From: Bacteroidetes bacterium HLUCCA01
Lineage (GTDB): Bacteria > Bacteroidota > Rhodothermia > Balneolales > HLUCCA01
Assembly: GCA_001314545.1 (NCBI GenBank)
Contig: LIHN01000001.1
Location: 276,180 to 340,179 of the forward strand
DNA length: 64,000 nucleotides
Direction: 5' to 3'
Shown: positions 17,790 to 27,335 of the stretch, piece after piece
How the letters are laid out: each line of letters begins with the position of its first letter
Position numbering within the stretch: position 1 is the first letter of the stretch
Made by a program: the position numbers and the translations under genes
Notes under the pieces: generated by a model
The model's database searches: none
Seen by the model: the letters and a program-made list of their open reading frames with translations, nothing else
What the model was told of the DNA's origin: nothing

Positions 17790-18983
17790 TTATACCGGCG
17801 GGTGATCGTGAATTGCCTGAAGCAAAACGGCCAGTGTTTCAGTTAATGTTTCCTCGGGGATGGTCAGAGGCGGAGCCAGTCTGACCAGGGTATTGGAGTG
17901 CAGCGTCCAGCCAAGCAGGATCCCCTGCTCCAGACAAGCCTCCACAACCGCGCGTGTCTGCGCAAAGGTTTTCAGCTGAAGTCCAAGCATAGCTCCTTTT
18001 CCACGAATTTCGGTGATATGGTCAGATTTCAGCACCGACCGTACCCGGTTCTCTATCCGGAAGGCCCGATCCATCAGCTTATCACGAAGCAGCACGGTCA
18101 AAGCAGCATGGGCAGCCGCAGCACTCACAGGATGTCCGCCAAATGTGGTTACATGGTTGAGTGGCGGATTGTACATAAATGCTTCGAAAATAGCGTGCGA
18201 GGAAGCAAAAGCCCCTATTGGCATACCTCCGCCCAGGGCCTTGGCCATGCAAAGAATATCCGGGACAATTCCGTAGTGCATAAACGCAAACAGCGCCCCG
18301 GTTCTACCCATACCGGATTGTATCTCATCAAAAATGAGCAGCGCCCCGGCTCGGGTACACTGTTGGCGTACCTGAGCAAGCCATTGCGGGTCAGCCTGAA
18401 TGATGCCACCCTCTCCCTGTATGGGTTCCATGATCACACAGGCAACCGTCTCGTCAATGGTGCTGAGCTGCGCGTAGTCGTTAAAGTTCAGAAAGGTGAC
18501 GTCAGGCAACAGTGGCAGGTATGGATCACGGTAAACATCACGGCCCGTTACACTCAGGGCCCCGTGGGTATCACCATGATAACTGTTACGGAATGCGACC
18601 ATACGCTTCCTTCCGGTCGCTTTTTTGGCCAGTTTGAGTGCACCTTCGTTAGCTTCCGTTCCAGAGTTAACAAAATATATTCGCTGAAGATTATCAGGCA
18701 AATGACTAGCAAGGAGTTGAGCAAGATTACTCTGGGGTTTTTGCACGAACTCGCCGTACACCATAACGTGCATATGCAGGCGTACCTGCTGCTCAATTGC
18801 CTCAATAACCTCCGGATGGGAATGCCCCAGCGTACTCACGGCAATACCGGATATGAAATCGGTATACCGCCTGCCGTCTGTCGTGTAAAGGTAAGGTCCC
18901 TCAGCGCGCGCAATTTCAAGCCCCAGCGGACTGTCGCTGGTCTGCGCTATATGGTTGAAGAAAGCTTCTCTGGGATTCGTCAT
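17790..18983 (-). CDS. Class III PLP-dependent aminotransferase (acetylornithine/ornithine aminotransferase-like)
   Basis: FVNSGTEANEGALKLAKK, LIFDEIQSGMGRTG, and TFGGHP blocks of the class III aminotransferase family. Confidence 0.85.
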   Translation of the reverse strand: MTNPREAFFNHIAQTSDSPLGLEIARAEGPYLYTTDGRRYTDFISGIAVSTLGHSHPEVIEAIEQQVRLHMHVMVYGEFVQKPQSNLAQLLASHLPDNLQRIYFVNSGTEANEGALKLAKKATGRKRMVAFRNSYHGDTHGALSVTGRDVYRDPYLPLLPDVTFLNFNDYAQLSTIDETVACVIMEPIQGEGGIIQADPQWLAQVRQQCTRAGALLIFDEIQSGMGRTGALFAFMHYGIVPDILCMAKALGGGMPIGAFASSHAIFEAFMYNPPLNHVTTFGGHPVSAAAAHAALTVLLRDKLMDRAFRIENRVRSVLKSDHITEIRGKGAMLGLQLKTFAQTRAVVEACLEQGILLGWTLHSNTLVRLAPPLTIPEETLTETLAVLLQAIHDHPPV

Positions 18984-19101
18984 GAAAAAACGTAGTTGTT
19001 AGACTGACCAAATTAGACATTTATAACGGCAGCTGGAATCAAAACCTGTTTAACTGTGTTAATTAACCAGTTACAACGGCCTGCAAAATAGTCAACGTTC
19101 C

Positions 19102-20235
19102 ATGAAATATACGCTCCTTTTACTGCTCTCGCTGACATTCACGACGCTGAATGCACAGGATGCCAAAGATTACTTTCCCCAAACATCCGGTGCAGCATGG
19201 CAGTATCGGGTTGATGTGACCCTGAACGATTCAACCACTACTTCATTCACTAGAAACGATGTTCTCACGGCGGTTTCTGATACGGCTGACGTTCGATACA
19301 TCACTCTGACCAGTATCCCCGCCGGAGTGCAGACACTGAAACTGCGAGGCGACTCCGTTCGTGCATCGCTTAACCTTGCTCTTCCACTCGCCGGTGTCCT
19401 GGAGCTTGACTCACTTACAGCCAATCTTCTGGGAGGCAACACACCTGAAACAACGCTGTTCACCACAAATGCACCGCTAGGCCAGCTAAACGAACAAAAT
19501 ACCCTGCGACAACGCATCGAAACGCCCCAGCAACTACGGGACGCCATTGAAACTGATGGAGTTTTTGCATTCACCCTCAGCGATTCACTGGATGTGGTGG
19601 TAACGCAGTCTTTTCGCCGGGAGGCCAATGAGCTGCTCATCCTTCCGGCTGGTGAATATGAAACCATTCATATTCAGACCATCCTGGCAATGTCTGCGGA
19701 AATTGAAGGCCAAACGGCTTTTGGCACGCTTCGATTAACACTCCCACTGCTTGAAGATTATATCCTTTATTCATGGTACAGCGCAGGAACAGGTCTGGTC
19801 CGACAAAAAGCTGATCCCCGGGTTATCTCTGTTGCAGACAGCCTGCTGCAGGCCGACACCCCGCTCGATAGCATCGCCATTCCCGGATTCGATATGCAAC
19901 TTACCGAATTCAGTCCGACAGCTGAAACAAGTACGGCTAGTTCAACGCCCCTGGCAAGCCAGGTCCGCCTTCATGCCAACTACCCCAACCCCTTCAATCC
20001 GACTACAACCATCCCCTTCGAACTGGATCAAACGGCCCGTGTCAGTTTGAGTATCTGGGATGTGCGCGGAGCCAGAGTGGTAGTGTTACTGGATCAGACA
20101 TTGGGGCCTGGTATGCATCAGGTACAATTTCAAAACGCGAGAAATTTATCCAGCGGAGTCTATTTTGTACGTCTTGAAGCACAAACGGTGTCCGGCGTTA
20201 TTCGGCAGGTACAGCCGATAACGCTCGTAAAATAG
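19102..20235 (+). CDS. Uncharacterised secreted protein with T9SS C-terminal sorting domain
   Basis: Signal peptide MKYTLLLLLSLTFTTLNAQ. C-terminus NYPNPFNPTTTIPFELDQTARVSLSIWDVRGARV...GVYFVRL. I recognise no motif in the ~270-aa passenger. Confidence 0.7.
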   Translation: MKYTLLLLLSLTFTTLNAQDAKDYFPQTSGAAWQYRVDVTLNDSTTTSFTRNDVLTAVSDTADVRYITLTSIPAGVQTLKLRGDSVRASLNLALPLAGVLELDSLTANLLGGNTPETTLFTTNAPLGQLNEQNTLRQRIETPQQLRDAIETDGVFAFTLSDSLDVVVTQSFRREANELLILPAGEYETIHIQTILAMSAEIEGQTAFGTLRLTLPLLEDYILYSWYSAGTGLVRQKADPRVISVADSLLQADTPLDSIAIPGFDMQLTEFSPTAETSTASSTPLASQVRLHANYPNPFNPTTTIPFELDQTARVSLSIWDVRGARVVVLLDQTLGPGMHQVQFQNARNLSSGVYFVRLEAQTVSGVIRQVQPITLVK

Positions 20236-20815
20236 CTTCAAATTCACTGAAAATTGCTGCTGACTGGTCCTTCGCGTACCAGCGATGCAAGGCTTCGGCC
20301 ACTTCTTTACCCGAGGCTCCCTGCTGAATCAGATCCGTTCGCACCTTTCCGGCGGGCTCTGGTCTTGGGCCCCATACAAAATACTCCCGGAGTGTTTCGG
20401 CATCCAGTCCTATGATTTTTGGGATGGAACGGGCACCGTTGGTCAGATAGTGATCCATGATCTCCGGGTTCTCATCACGAAGTATAAATCGCATGGAAAG
20501 AAGCGGGGTTGTATCACAAATTTTTTGAACAACCGGTATAATCTGCGCCGCATCCCCGCACCAACCTTCGGTAATCGTCAAAAAGACGACAGGCCGATTC
20601 AGCGTTTGCGTACACTTTACGATGTCTTCCGGTACCACGGTGGTTTTCTCCAGTCGCTTCATCCGCACCAGATTCATTTTGGTGTAGTTTGTCAGTGACT
20701 CGGACTGTTGAGGGCCTGTCACCAAACCCTGACTGAACAAATCTTCAATAAGTTTCTTGTAAGCCTGGTAGTCCATGGCCTGTTCCAGTATTTCCCTTGC
20801 TAACACGTTGTGCAT
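20198..20815 (-). CDS. Thioredoxin-like family protein (single-Cys WCGD motif)
   Basis: VVFLTITEGWCGDAAQIIPV resembles the Bacteroidota thioredoxin family protein class. Its 3' end overlaps the convergent gene by 38 nt. Confidence 0.6.
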   Translation of the reverse strand: MHNVLAREILEQAMDYQAYKKLIEDLFSQGLVTGPQQSESLTNYTKMNLVRMKRLEKTTVVPEDIVKCTQTLNRPVVFLTITEGWCGDAAQIIPVVQKICDTTPLLSMRFILRDENPEIMDHYLTNGARSIPKIIGLDAETLREYFVWGPRPEPAGKVRTDLIQQGASGKEVAEALHRWYAKDQSAAIFSEFEAILRALSAVPAE

Positions 20816-20921
20816 TTCTGTAACTATTTTTCAATTTAGGTTATGCGTTAAATTTCGCCATTTTCAGGCTCAAATGCCGATATTTCTACCCGAATCGCAT
20901 CGCAATGTGTATCTTTTCACT

Positions 20922-21821
20922 ATGGACATTCAGATGTATGAAAACTGGGAAGAAGAACAAGAACACCACGAAGAAAAGCTGCAATCGGTTGTTATACCCT
21001 ACCTTGAAGCCAGAAGCCGGGGTGACCGGCAGCCTGTAACCGATTTTCTTTTTGAATATTACAGTTTCAGACCCGGTAAGCTTATGCGATGGAATCCCGG
21101 AGCAGGTGCGCGGGTCAGCCCATCATGGTCGCCCCCGGATCACCGTTACAAGAAAGGTAACTCCGGATGGTTTCTCGATCCCGCTGACTTTCCGGTAAAA
21201 CGAATGGATTCCCTGCAATGGCTGATTACATTTCAGAAGGCCATACTGAGCAAACCGCCTTCGTATGGTTGTCACGGACTACACGAATGGGCCATGGTTT
21301 ATAAAAGCAGCGCGGTTCGCCACAATCAACTACCGCTTCGCTTACCCATGGACGAACTCGTAGATTTTGTGGATTCCCAGCAAATCAGATGCTCACATTA
21401 CGACGCTTTTCGTTTCTTTACCGACCAGGCCCGACCTTCGAATCACCTGCAGCCCGAGGCCGGCAATCGTTTGCAACTGGAACAGAGTGGCTGTATTCAC
21501 GCCAATATGGACGTGTACAAATGGGCCTATAAATTTTTCCCCTGGATTCCCTCTTCCATTATTTCCGACGCATTTCTGTTAGCCGCCGAAGCGCGTCAGA
21601 TAGACATGCAGGCCTCACCCTATGACGTGCGTTCATACGGACTCGAGCCCATTCAAATTGAAACTCCTGAAGGCAGAACACACTACCTTGAGCGTCAGCA
21701 GTATATTACAATAAAAGCCTCTCCTATACGGGAGAGGCTTTTATCGGCATTAATCGAATTACACCAATGGGTACAACCTGGTACGGTTGCACCTCAGAGT
21801 CAGGATTTCCGGGGCGTTTAA
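20922..21821 (+). CDS. Conserved hypothetical protein (family sometimes annotated as 3-methyladenine DNA glycosylase-like)
   Basis: FLFEYYSFRPGKLMRWNPG, HGLHEWAMVYK, CSHYDAFRFFT, HANMDVYKWAYKF. I recall these blocks from a widespread uncharacterised family; the function is not established. ATG 20922 is preferred because the track start at 20775 overlaps the divergent gene. Confidence 0.45.
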   Translation: MDIQMYENWEEEQEHHEEKLQSVVIPYLEARSRGDRQPVTDFLFEYYSFRPGKLMRWNPGAGARVSPSWSPPDHRYKKGNSGWFLDPADFPVKRMDSLQWLITFQKAILSKPPSYGCHGLHEWAMVYKSSAVRHNQLPLRLPMDELVDFVDSQQIRCSHYDAFRFFTDQARPSNHLQPEAGNRLQLEQSGCIHANMDVYKWAYKFFPWIPSSIISDAFLLAAEARQIDMQASPYDVRSYGLEPIQIETPEGRTHYLERQQYITIKASPIRERLLSALIELHQWVQPGTVAPQSQDFRGV

Positions 21822-23233
21822 CCCACCCGAACACCGGCGGCCTGCGTCATAATATTAAATAGCTCCGTATTCATAACAAACGCGCCCAGAGAATCACTGC
21901 CAGGTCCCATGGCCGACAATTCCACGTGATCGGAGGTGTGAGCCGTACTTGTGAAACTCACAGCCGTGTAGTTCGCCATAATTCTTCCCATAACCGCACT
22001 GGTTCCGTTCATACGACCATAGGCCTCGCTGTACTCTCTTCGCATTGCACTACGAAGCATCTCGGCATGTTCTGCCGATACACCAATGCCGGTATGATGT
22101 TCAATAAGTTCTCGCATCCGGCTGACCTGCATTCCCTCATCCAATAACGGTAGCAGCGTTTCATTGGAAGCCTTGACTCCGGCAACTTTTTCGAGCATCA
22201 GCTGCGAATCCATATAGCCTGATCCTGTACCGTTCAACGCAGGATTGGCATTGCCGTGATCCGTTGTAACAATCAACAGTGTATCCGGATTAGCCCGAAC
22301 AAATTCCAGAGCAACGGCTACTGCGTCGTCAAAGGCAAGTTGATCAAAAATGAGTCCGGCCGCACAGCTGCCATGTGCAGCATGGTCAATCCGGGCTCCC
22401 TCAACCTGCAGGATGAAGCCACTGTCGTTGGTCAGATGTCTGAGGGCCTGGTCGGTCATTTCTGCAATGGTAGGTACATTTTGAGCCAGCTCCGGTGAGT
22501 TTCTGTGGTCAACATCGTACGGCATATGCTCCTGGGAGAAAATGCCGATGAGTCGGTCAGTTGAACGGGCCTGCTGCATTTCAGCTTTGGTACGTGCTAC
22601 ATGATAGCCGCTGGCCTGAAATTCTGAGAATAAATCACGACCGTCATCACGTTTTTGACCGTCAAAGAAGCGGTCGCCGCCTCCCAAAATGACATCCGCA
22701 CCGCGTTCAAGCATTTGAACTGCGATGTCGGCTTCCTGGCCTCTGGAGACCACGTTAGCAATGAAACTGGCGGGTGTTGCATGCGTCACACGGGCCGTAG
22801 AAACCAATCCGGTTTTCTTTCCCGCATCTCTGAAATAAGTGAAAATTGGGGTGTAGGTCTCCCCTGATGGTCCCATATTGATGGCACCGTTATTGACGCG
22901 TCTGCCACATCCCCAGGAAGATCCGGCTGCAGCGGAATCCGTGACCATCGAATTCAATGAGGCGGTATCCATAAGGCCGCGGGTCACCTGCTGATCCTGA
23001 TACATTGAAATCCAGGTACTCCGCCTGCCATCCTGAATCATTCGCATCTGGTCGGCCAGGGCCAGTGTGCCGGAGCTCATTCCGTCACTTACCATGATGA
23101 TTACATTTTTTGCCTGACCCTGCCAGTCTGCAGCTCTTGTGCGACCAAGGGCGGTGGTTCCAAATGTGGTTCCAGCCAGCAGTCCGGCCAGACCGCCGGT
23201 TTTCAGAAAATCTCGTCGGGTAAATGTGGACAT
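21818..23233 (-). CDS. Alkaline phosphatase (PhoA family) with twin-arginine signal
   Basis: MSTFTRRDFLKTGGLAGLLAG Tat signal, DGMS and VTDSAAAGSSW (active-site Ser region), and TTDHGNAN. Confidence 0.85.
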   Translation of the reverse strand: MSTFTRRDFLKTGGLAGLLAGTTFGTTALGRTRAADWQGQAKNVIIMVSDGMSSGTLALADQMRMIQDGRRSTWISMYQDQQVTRGLMDTASLNSMVTDSAAAGSSWGCGRRVNNGAINMGPSGETYTPIFTYFRDAGKKTGLVSTARVTHATPASFIANVVSRGQEADIAVQMLERGADVILGGGDRFFDGQKRDDGRDLFSEFQASGYHVARTKAEMQQARSTDRLIGIFSQEHMPYDVDHRNSPELAQNVPTIAEMTDQALRHLTNDSGFILQVEGARIDHAAHGSCAAGLIFDQLAFDDAVAVALEFVRANPDTLLIVTTDHGNANPALNGTGSGYMDSQLMLEKVAGVKASNETLLPLLDEGMQVSRMRELIEHHTGIGVSAEHAEMLRSAMRREYSEAYGRMNGTSAVMGRIMANYTAVSFTSTAHTSDHVELSAMGPGSDSLGAFVMNTELFNIMTQAAGVRVG

Positions 23234-23321
23234 ATCAATAAAATTAGTCGTTAAAGTATCCGGGTAAACTACAAAATACCGTGTGTAGTATTGTTAACTA
23301 TTTGTGAAAGTTTCAGCTGAA

Positions 23322-24518
23322 TTAGTCGGCCAGACTTAACCGGCCCAGCGAGACCCAGTGAGAGTTCCCCTGTCCATCCGTGACCTCAAACCGGTTCCCG
23401 CACAAAAATTCGTTAGCCATGGCTGCAAAAAGAACCGCCTCCTTGGCATCCGGATCAATTCCGAGCGCTGCAAAGCTGGTAACCCGTCCCTGTGGCAATG
23501 CCTCCGCCAGGTTCTCCATGAGTACCGGATTATGAACCCCGCCTCCGCTTACGTACACCGTGAATGCACCGGGTGGTTTTGCGAACCGCAGGATGGCTTC
23601 AGCGATGGTTTCTGCTGACAGGCGGTTCAGGGTTGCAAGCAGATTTTCAGCCGCGATATCCGTGGTGCCAGATACTCGCCGGGCTTCTTCCACATAGGTA
23701 GTACTGAGCAGTTCAGGTCCGGTTGTTTTGGGAGGAGCATCCTGGTAGTAGGGATGTGTTTTCAGGGCCTGGAGGAGCCCTTGATGAACCTTGCCAAGGG
23801 CGGCGACCCGACCGCCATCGTCGTAGCGGGCGTCATCTCCGGTCAGTCGAATGAATTTGTCCATAAGTGTATTCCCTGGACCGGTGTCAAACGTAAGGGG
23901 CAAACCGGAGTCAGGTTGCCCATCCAGAACGGTAATATTGGATATACCTCCGATGTTCAAAAGAATGCGGAACTCGCCGGGGTTTGAAAATAAAATAGCA
24001 TCGCCGTACGCCGACAACGGCGCGCCCTCCCCGCCGGCCGCAACATGTTTTTGGCGGAAATCCGAAATCACGGGAATACCCGTTAGGTATGCCAGATGGT
24101 CTGCGTCACCAATCTGCAGGGTTGCGTTGGGTATACCGGGCTGGTTGTGGATCCGGGCCGGTGCATGCCTGACCGTTTGTCCATGAGAGGCAATTACATC
24201 TATGCCGGATGCTGGCAGATCCCATTGCTTTAATTTTTGGCCAATCATTGCGGCATGCCAATGTGCGAGTTGGGTATGAATCAACGTGAATGCTTCCATA
24301 TCCACTTCTGGTGAAGTAGCAAGTTGGAGTAGAACGGCCCGTTGTTCGGCTGAATAGGGAGTTGAATCAAAATGCAATACCTCACATTGGGTATGCAAAC
24401 CTGAACCCGTAAATCTGCAGACCGCCATATCCAGTCCGTCAACCGAGGTGCCGGACATTAAACCCAGTATTATTCGGCTTTCAAGAGAACCAAGTGCCGA
24501 TACGTCAGACAATGCCAT
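23322..24518 (-). CDS. anmK: Anhydro-N-acetylmuramic acid kinase
   Basis: ILGLMSGTSVDGLD near the N-terminus, with NIGGISN and TGPGN blocks. ATG 24518 (MALSD...) is preferred; the track's longer ORF (to 24695) would overlap the divergent small gene. Confidence 0.85.
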   Translation of the reverse strand: MALSDVSALGSLESRIILGLMSGTSVDGLDMAVCRFTGSGLHTQCEVLHFDSTPYSAEQRAVLLQLATSPEVDMEAFTLIHTQLAHWHAAMIGQKLKQWDLPASGIDVIASHGQTVRHAPARIHNQPGIPNATLQIGDADHLAYLTGIPVISDFRQKHVAAGGEGAPLSAYGDAILFSNPGEFRILLNIGGISNITVLDGQPDSGLPLTFDTGPGNTLMDKFIRLTGDDARYDDGGRVAALGKVHQGLLQALKTHPYYQDAPPKTTGPELLSTTYVEEARRVSGTTDIAAENLLATLNRLSAETIAEAILRFAKPPGAFTVYVSGGGVHNPVLMENLAEALPQGRVTSFAALGIDPDAKEAVLFAAMANEFLCGNRFEVTDGQGNSHWVSLGRLSLAD

Positions 24519-24633
24519 ATATTCAGCAGGAATGTGTGATAAATTTCCTGTAAAGTACGCAGGATGAGAAACTCTTGTATGTACTATTTTACCCTTTGCG
24601 TTAACTTCTGTAAATACCAACCATGCTGCCACT

Positions 24634-24873
24634 ATGATTCCGGATGACCTTTCCAATTTCGAAAACGATATCACTGAACTTGTAGAAAAGCTCAAAAAAA
24701 CCTTTAACAGTCAGAAAGCCCGTTGGTTTCATCACGAACAGACCGACACCCTGTACGTTGAAATTTCAGGTCTTGAGGCTATGTCTGATGATATCATAGC
24801 AGACAAAGCCGGCCCCGTACTGGATGAACTGGACCTGGACTTTGAAGAAATCGTATTACTACCCTACTCCTGA
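24634..24873 (+). CDS. Small acidic hypothetical protein (79 aa)
   Basis: The ORF ends 6 nt before the threonine-synthase-like gene, suggesting co-transcription. No recognisable motif. Confidence 0.35.
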   Translation: MIPDDLSNFENDITELVEKLKKTFNSQKARWFHHEQTDTLYVEISGLEAMSDDIIADKAGPVLDELDLDFEEIVLLPYS

Positions 24874-24879
24874 CTTTAC

Positions 24880-26571
24880 ATGCGTACCTACACATTGTCC
24901 TGCTTTATGTGCGGACAAGAAAACAGCGAAGATCTGACCAACACCTATTGCACAGCCTGCGGGGGTGTACTGACCGTGCGGTACCACGGCTCATCCCCTG
25001 CCATTCAATATCCCTTGGAGACCGTAGCAACCGATGAGTTGCGCACACAGCCTACCGAGCTCCGCAAGCTACACAATCTGAGCCGGCGTTACGGCATCGA
25101 GATCTGGGGTAAGCTGGAATATCAAAACCCATCGGGCTGTTTCAAAGACCGGGGCAGCTTTATCGAGGTGCAGAAGGCCCTGGAACTGAATCGGGATGCC
25201 ATCTGCCTGGCATCAACTGGAAATATGGCCGCATCGGTAGCCATGTACGCCTGCTATTACAATATCCCCTGCTACGTATTTGTACCGGAAAATACGGCCG
25301 AAGGAAAGCTGGCTCAGGCCAGCATCTATAACGCAACGGTCTTGCGAATCAAGGGCGACTTTTCCGCGTGTGAACAACTCTGTAAAGCCTTCGCACGATC
25401 CGGCAACTATTATCTGGCCGGAGATTATGTGTTTCGTGAGGAGGGGCAGAAATCCGTCAGCTATGAAATCCTGCATCAGCAGGAACACGACTTTGACGCA
25501 GTTCTGGTACCGGTTGGATGCGGAACCAACTTCGGGGCCATTCATAAAGGATACCACGAAGCACTTCAGGCGGGATTAACCAAAAAAATTCCCGCTCTGA
25601 TCTGTGTTCAACCGGAAACATCCAGTCCTGTAGTTGAAGGTATTTTTAAACGCGAAAAAGTGATTAAGCCGAGCGTTACAACTATGGCGACCGCTGTGGC
25701 AGCTGCCGATCCTATCGATTTTCACAAAGTACAAAAGGGTATCGAGGAAACCGATGGCCGGGCGTTCACCGTAACCGAGTCAGATATTCTGGAATCCTTA
25801 CAGGAAATGGCTGTCAGCGAGGGCATCTTCACCGAGCCCGCCTGTGCCCTCCCGCTTGCTGCGCTGAAAAAGGAACAACGGTGGTTCACCGGTAAACGAT
25901 GCCTGCTTATGCTCACCGGTACCGGTCTTAAAGACACCGGTGTTGTTGCACGCAATGTACTTCCCTCACCGGTACTACCCAATGATGTAGCTCAGGTAAT
26001 TGATTTCATTGAATCCGGATATCCTCAACTACAACGCGAATCGTTTGGCAAACCACGTGATACGGTGCTTACGCAAATTCGCTTCTCCAGTGATAAACAA
26101 GAACGTTTCGAGGACTACCTGAACCGTATAGGCAAAAAGGGGAAAACACTTACCCCGCGCGAAACCGAAGCAATTCAAACGCTTGTTTTCAATGACGACA
26201 GTGATTTGAACTTTCCGCTCAAAGTAACAGACTACACCATACTTATGCGTAAAAATGGTCTGGTTGCAGCCAGCGTGCTGGCCGATATGGGCGGAACGGA
26301 GCTGGAAACCAGCCACGAAGGTGTAGGACCTCTGGATGCAGTACTCGGTGCAATGGATAAGCTTACTGCAGTAGTCTTCCCCGTTTCTCTTGTAGATCAC
26401 GCCCTGGAAGTACTGAGTCCGGGCACCAATGCTCTCGTGGTCGCGTCAATCACGCTGGAGCATAACGGGAATCAGGCACAGGGAAAAGCAGCATCACCCG
26501 ACGTTATTGAAGCCGGTTTGCACGCCTGGATAAAAGCTTTCGCTGTTCTCCACAAAAGATACGCCCAATAA
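24880..26571 (+). CDS. Threonine synthase-like PLP enzyme (N-terminal Zn ribbon) fused to a C-terminal LeuA_dimer-like regulatory domain
   Basis: CFMCGQ-x14-CTACGG zinc ribbon, NPSGCFKDRGS (PLP lysine) and ASTGNMAAS as in short-type ThrC. The last ~120 aa (26206-26568), HEGVGPLDAVLGAM...LVDHALEVLSPGTNALVVASITLEHNG...GKAASPDVIEAGLHAWIKAF, match the isopropylmalate/citramalate synthase allosteric domain pattern. Confidence 0.7.
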   Translation: MRTYTLSCFMCGQENSEDLTNTYCTACGGVLTVRYHGSSPAIQYPLETVATDELRTQPTELRKLHNLSRRYGIEIWGKLEYQNPSGCFKDRGSFIEVQKALELNRDAICLASTGNMAASVAMYACYYNIPCYVFVPENTAEGKLAQASIYNATVLRIKGDFSACEQLCKAFARSGNYYLAGDYVFREEGQKSVSYEILHQQEHDFDAVLVPVGCGTNFGAIHKGYHEALQAGLTKKIPALICVQPETSSPVVEGIFKREKVIKPSVTTMATAVAAADPIDFHKVQKGIEETDGRAFTVTESDILESLQEMAVSEGIFTEPACALPLAALKKEQRWFTGKRCLLMLTGTGLKDTGVVARNVLPSPVLPNDVAQVIDFIESGYPQLQRESFGKPRDTVLTQIRFSSDKQERFEDYLNRIGKKGKTLTPRETEAIQTLVFNDDSDLNFPLKVTDYTILMRKNGLVAASVLADMGGTELETSHEGVGPLDAVLGAMDKLTAVVFPVSLVDHALEVLSPGTNALVVASITLEHNGNQAQGKAASPDVIEAGLHAWIKAFAVLHKRYAQ

Positions 26572-26621
26572 TCTGTTCTGTATCCCTTAAAAGATCCGAA
26601 TAGTATACCCGGACAGCCGCT

Positions 26622-27335
26622 CTAATTGGGTATGGGGGCTTCCGGGTTACTCATCAGGATAAATCCGCGCTTGCGCACCGTCTGTATGTATTCCTTATCT
26701 GTTTCCTCGGCAATTTTTTTGCGCAGGTAACTAACATACACGTTGATGAAATTGGTCTGGGTATCAAATTTGATACCCCATACCTTGTCGGCAAGTTCCT
26801 CTTTTTCAACAACCTTATCTACGTGCTTCATAAAATAGGTCATCAGATTGAACTCGTTGTTGGTCAGCCAGACAGGGTTTCCACGGATAGTAAACTCACG
26901 CTTAATCAGGTTCAATTCCATTTCACCGCAGCGAAGCAGCTCGGCGTTACCGGATGAGCCGGAATCTGATTGATCGCGCGATCGTCTGGTTATGGCCTCA
27001 ATCCGGGCAATCAATTCTTTGTTATCAAACGGCTTGGTCAGATAATCATCTGCTCCGGATGAGAGTCCCAAGACTTTGGTATCTATATTTTTACGTGCTG
27101 ACAGTATGAGAATGGGCGTTTTGACACCCTTCTCACGTAAATCAGCACAAACTTCCAGACCACTTTTGTCCGGAAGTGCCAGATCAAGAATAATGCAGTC
27201 GTGCTGCGACTGCATAGCCAGTTTTTCACCCTCCAGCGCCTGCGGAGCAGTTACTACTTCAAATCCGTTTTTTTCAAGGACTCGCTGTACCAGTGTGCGT
27301 ACAACATCATCATCTTCGATAACCAAAATGCGCAT
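26622..27335 (-). CDS. OmpR-family response regulator (receiver + winged-helix)
   Basis: MRILVIEDD..., DCIILDLALPDKSG, ILILSAR, and a C-terminal LTNNEFNLMTYFMKH...YVSYLRKKI...IQTVRKRGF. Confidence 0.9.
   Translation of the reverse strand: MRILVIEDDDVVRTLVQRVLEKNGFEVVTAPQALEGEKLAMQSQHDCIILDLALPDKSGLEVCADLREKGVKTPILILSARKNIDTKVLGLSSGADDYLTKPFDNKELIARIEAITRRSRDQSDSGSSGNAELLRCGEMELNLIKREFTIRGNPVWLTNNEFNLMTYFMKHVDKVVEKEELADKVWGIKFDTQTNFINVYVSYLRKKIAEETDKEYIQTVRKRGFILMSNPEAPIPN

Noticed and set aside
17898-18995. A 365-aa ORF on the plus strand, fully antisense to the class III aminotransferase gene
   Set aside because: The minus-strand gene has unambiguous aminotransferase motifs. The antisense translation is R/H/K/S-rich with no motifs and looks like a shadow ORF created by the codon periodicity of the real gene. 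The same applies to 1224-1868(-), 15703-16272(+), 36504-37112(+), 49837-50337(+) and 50377-50841(+).
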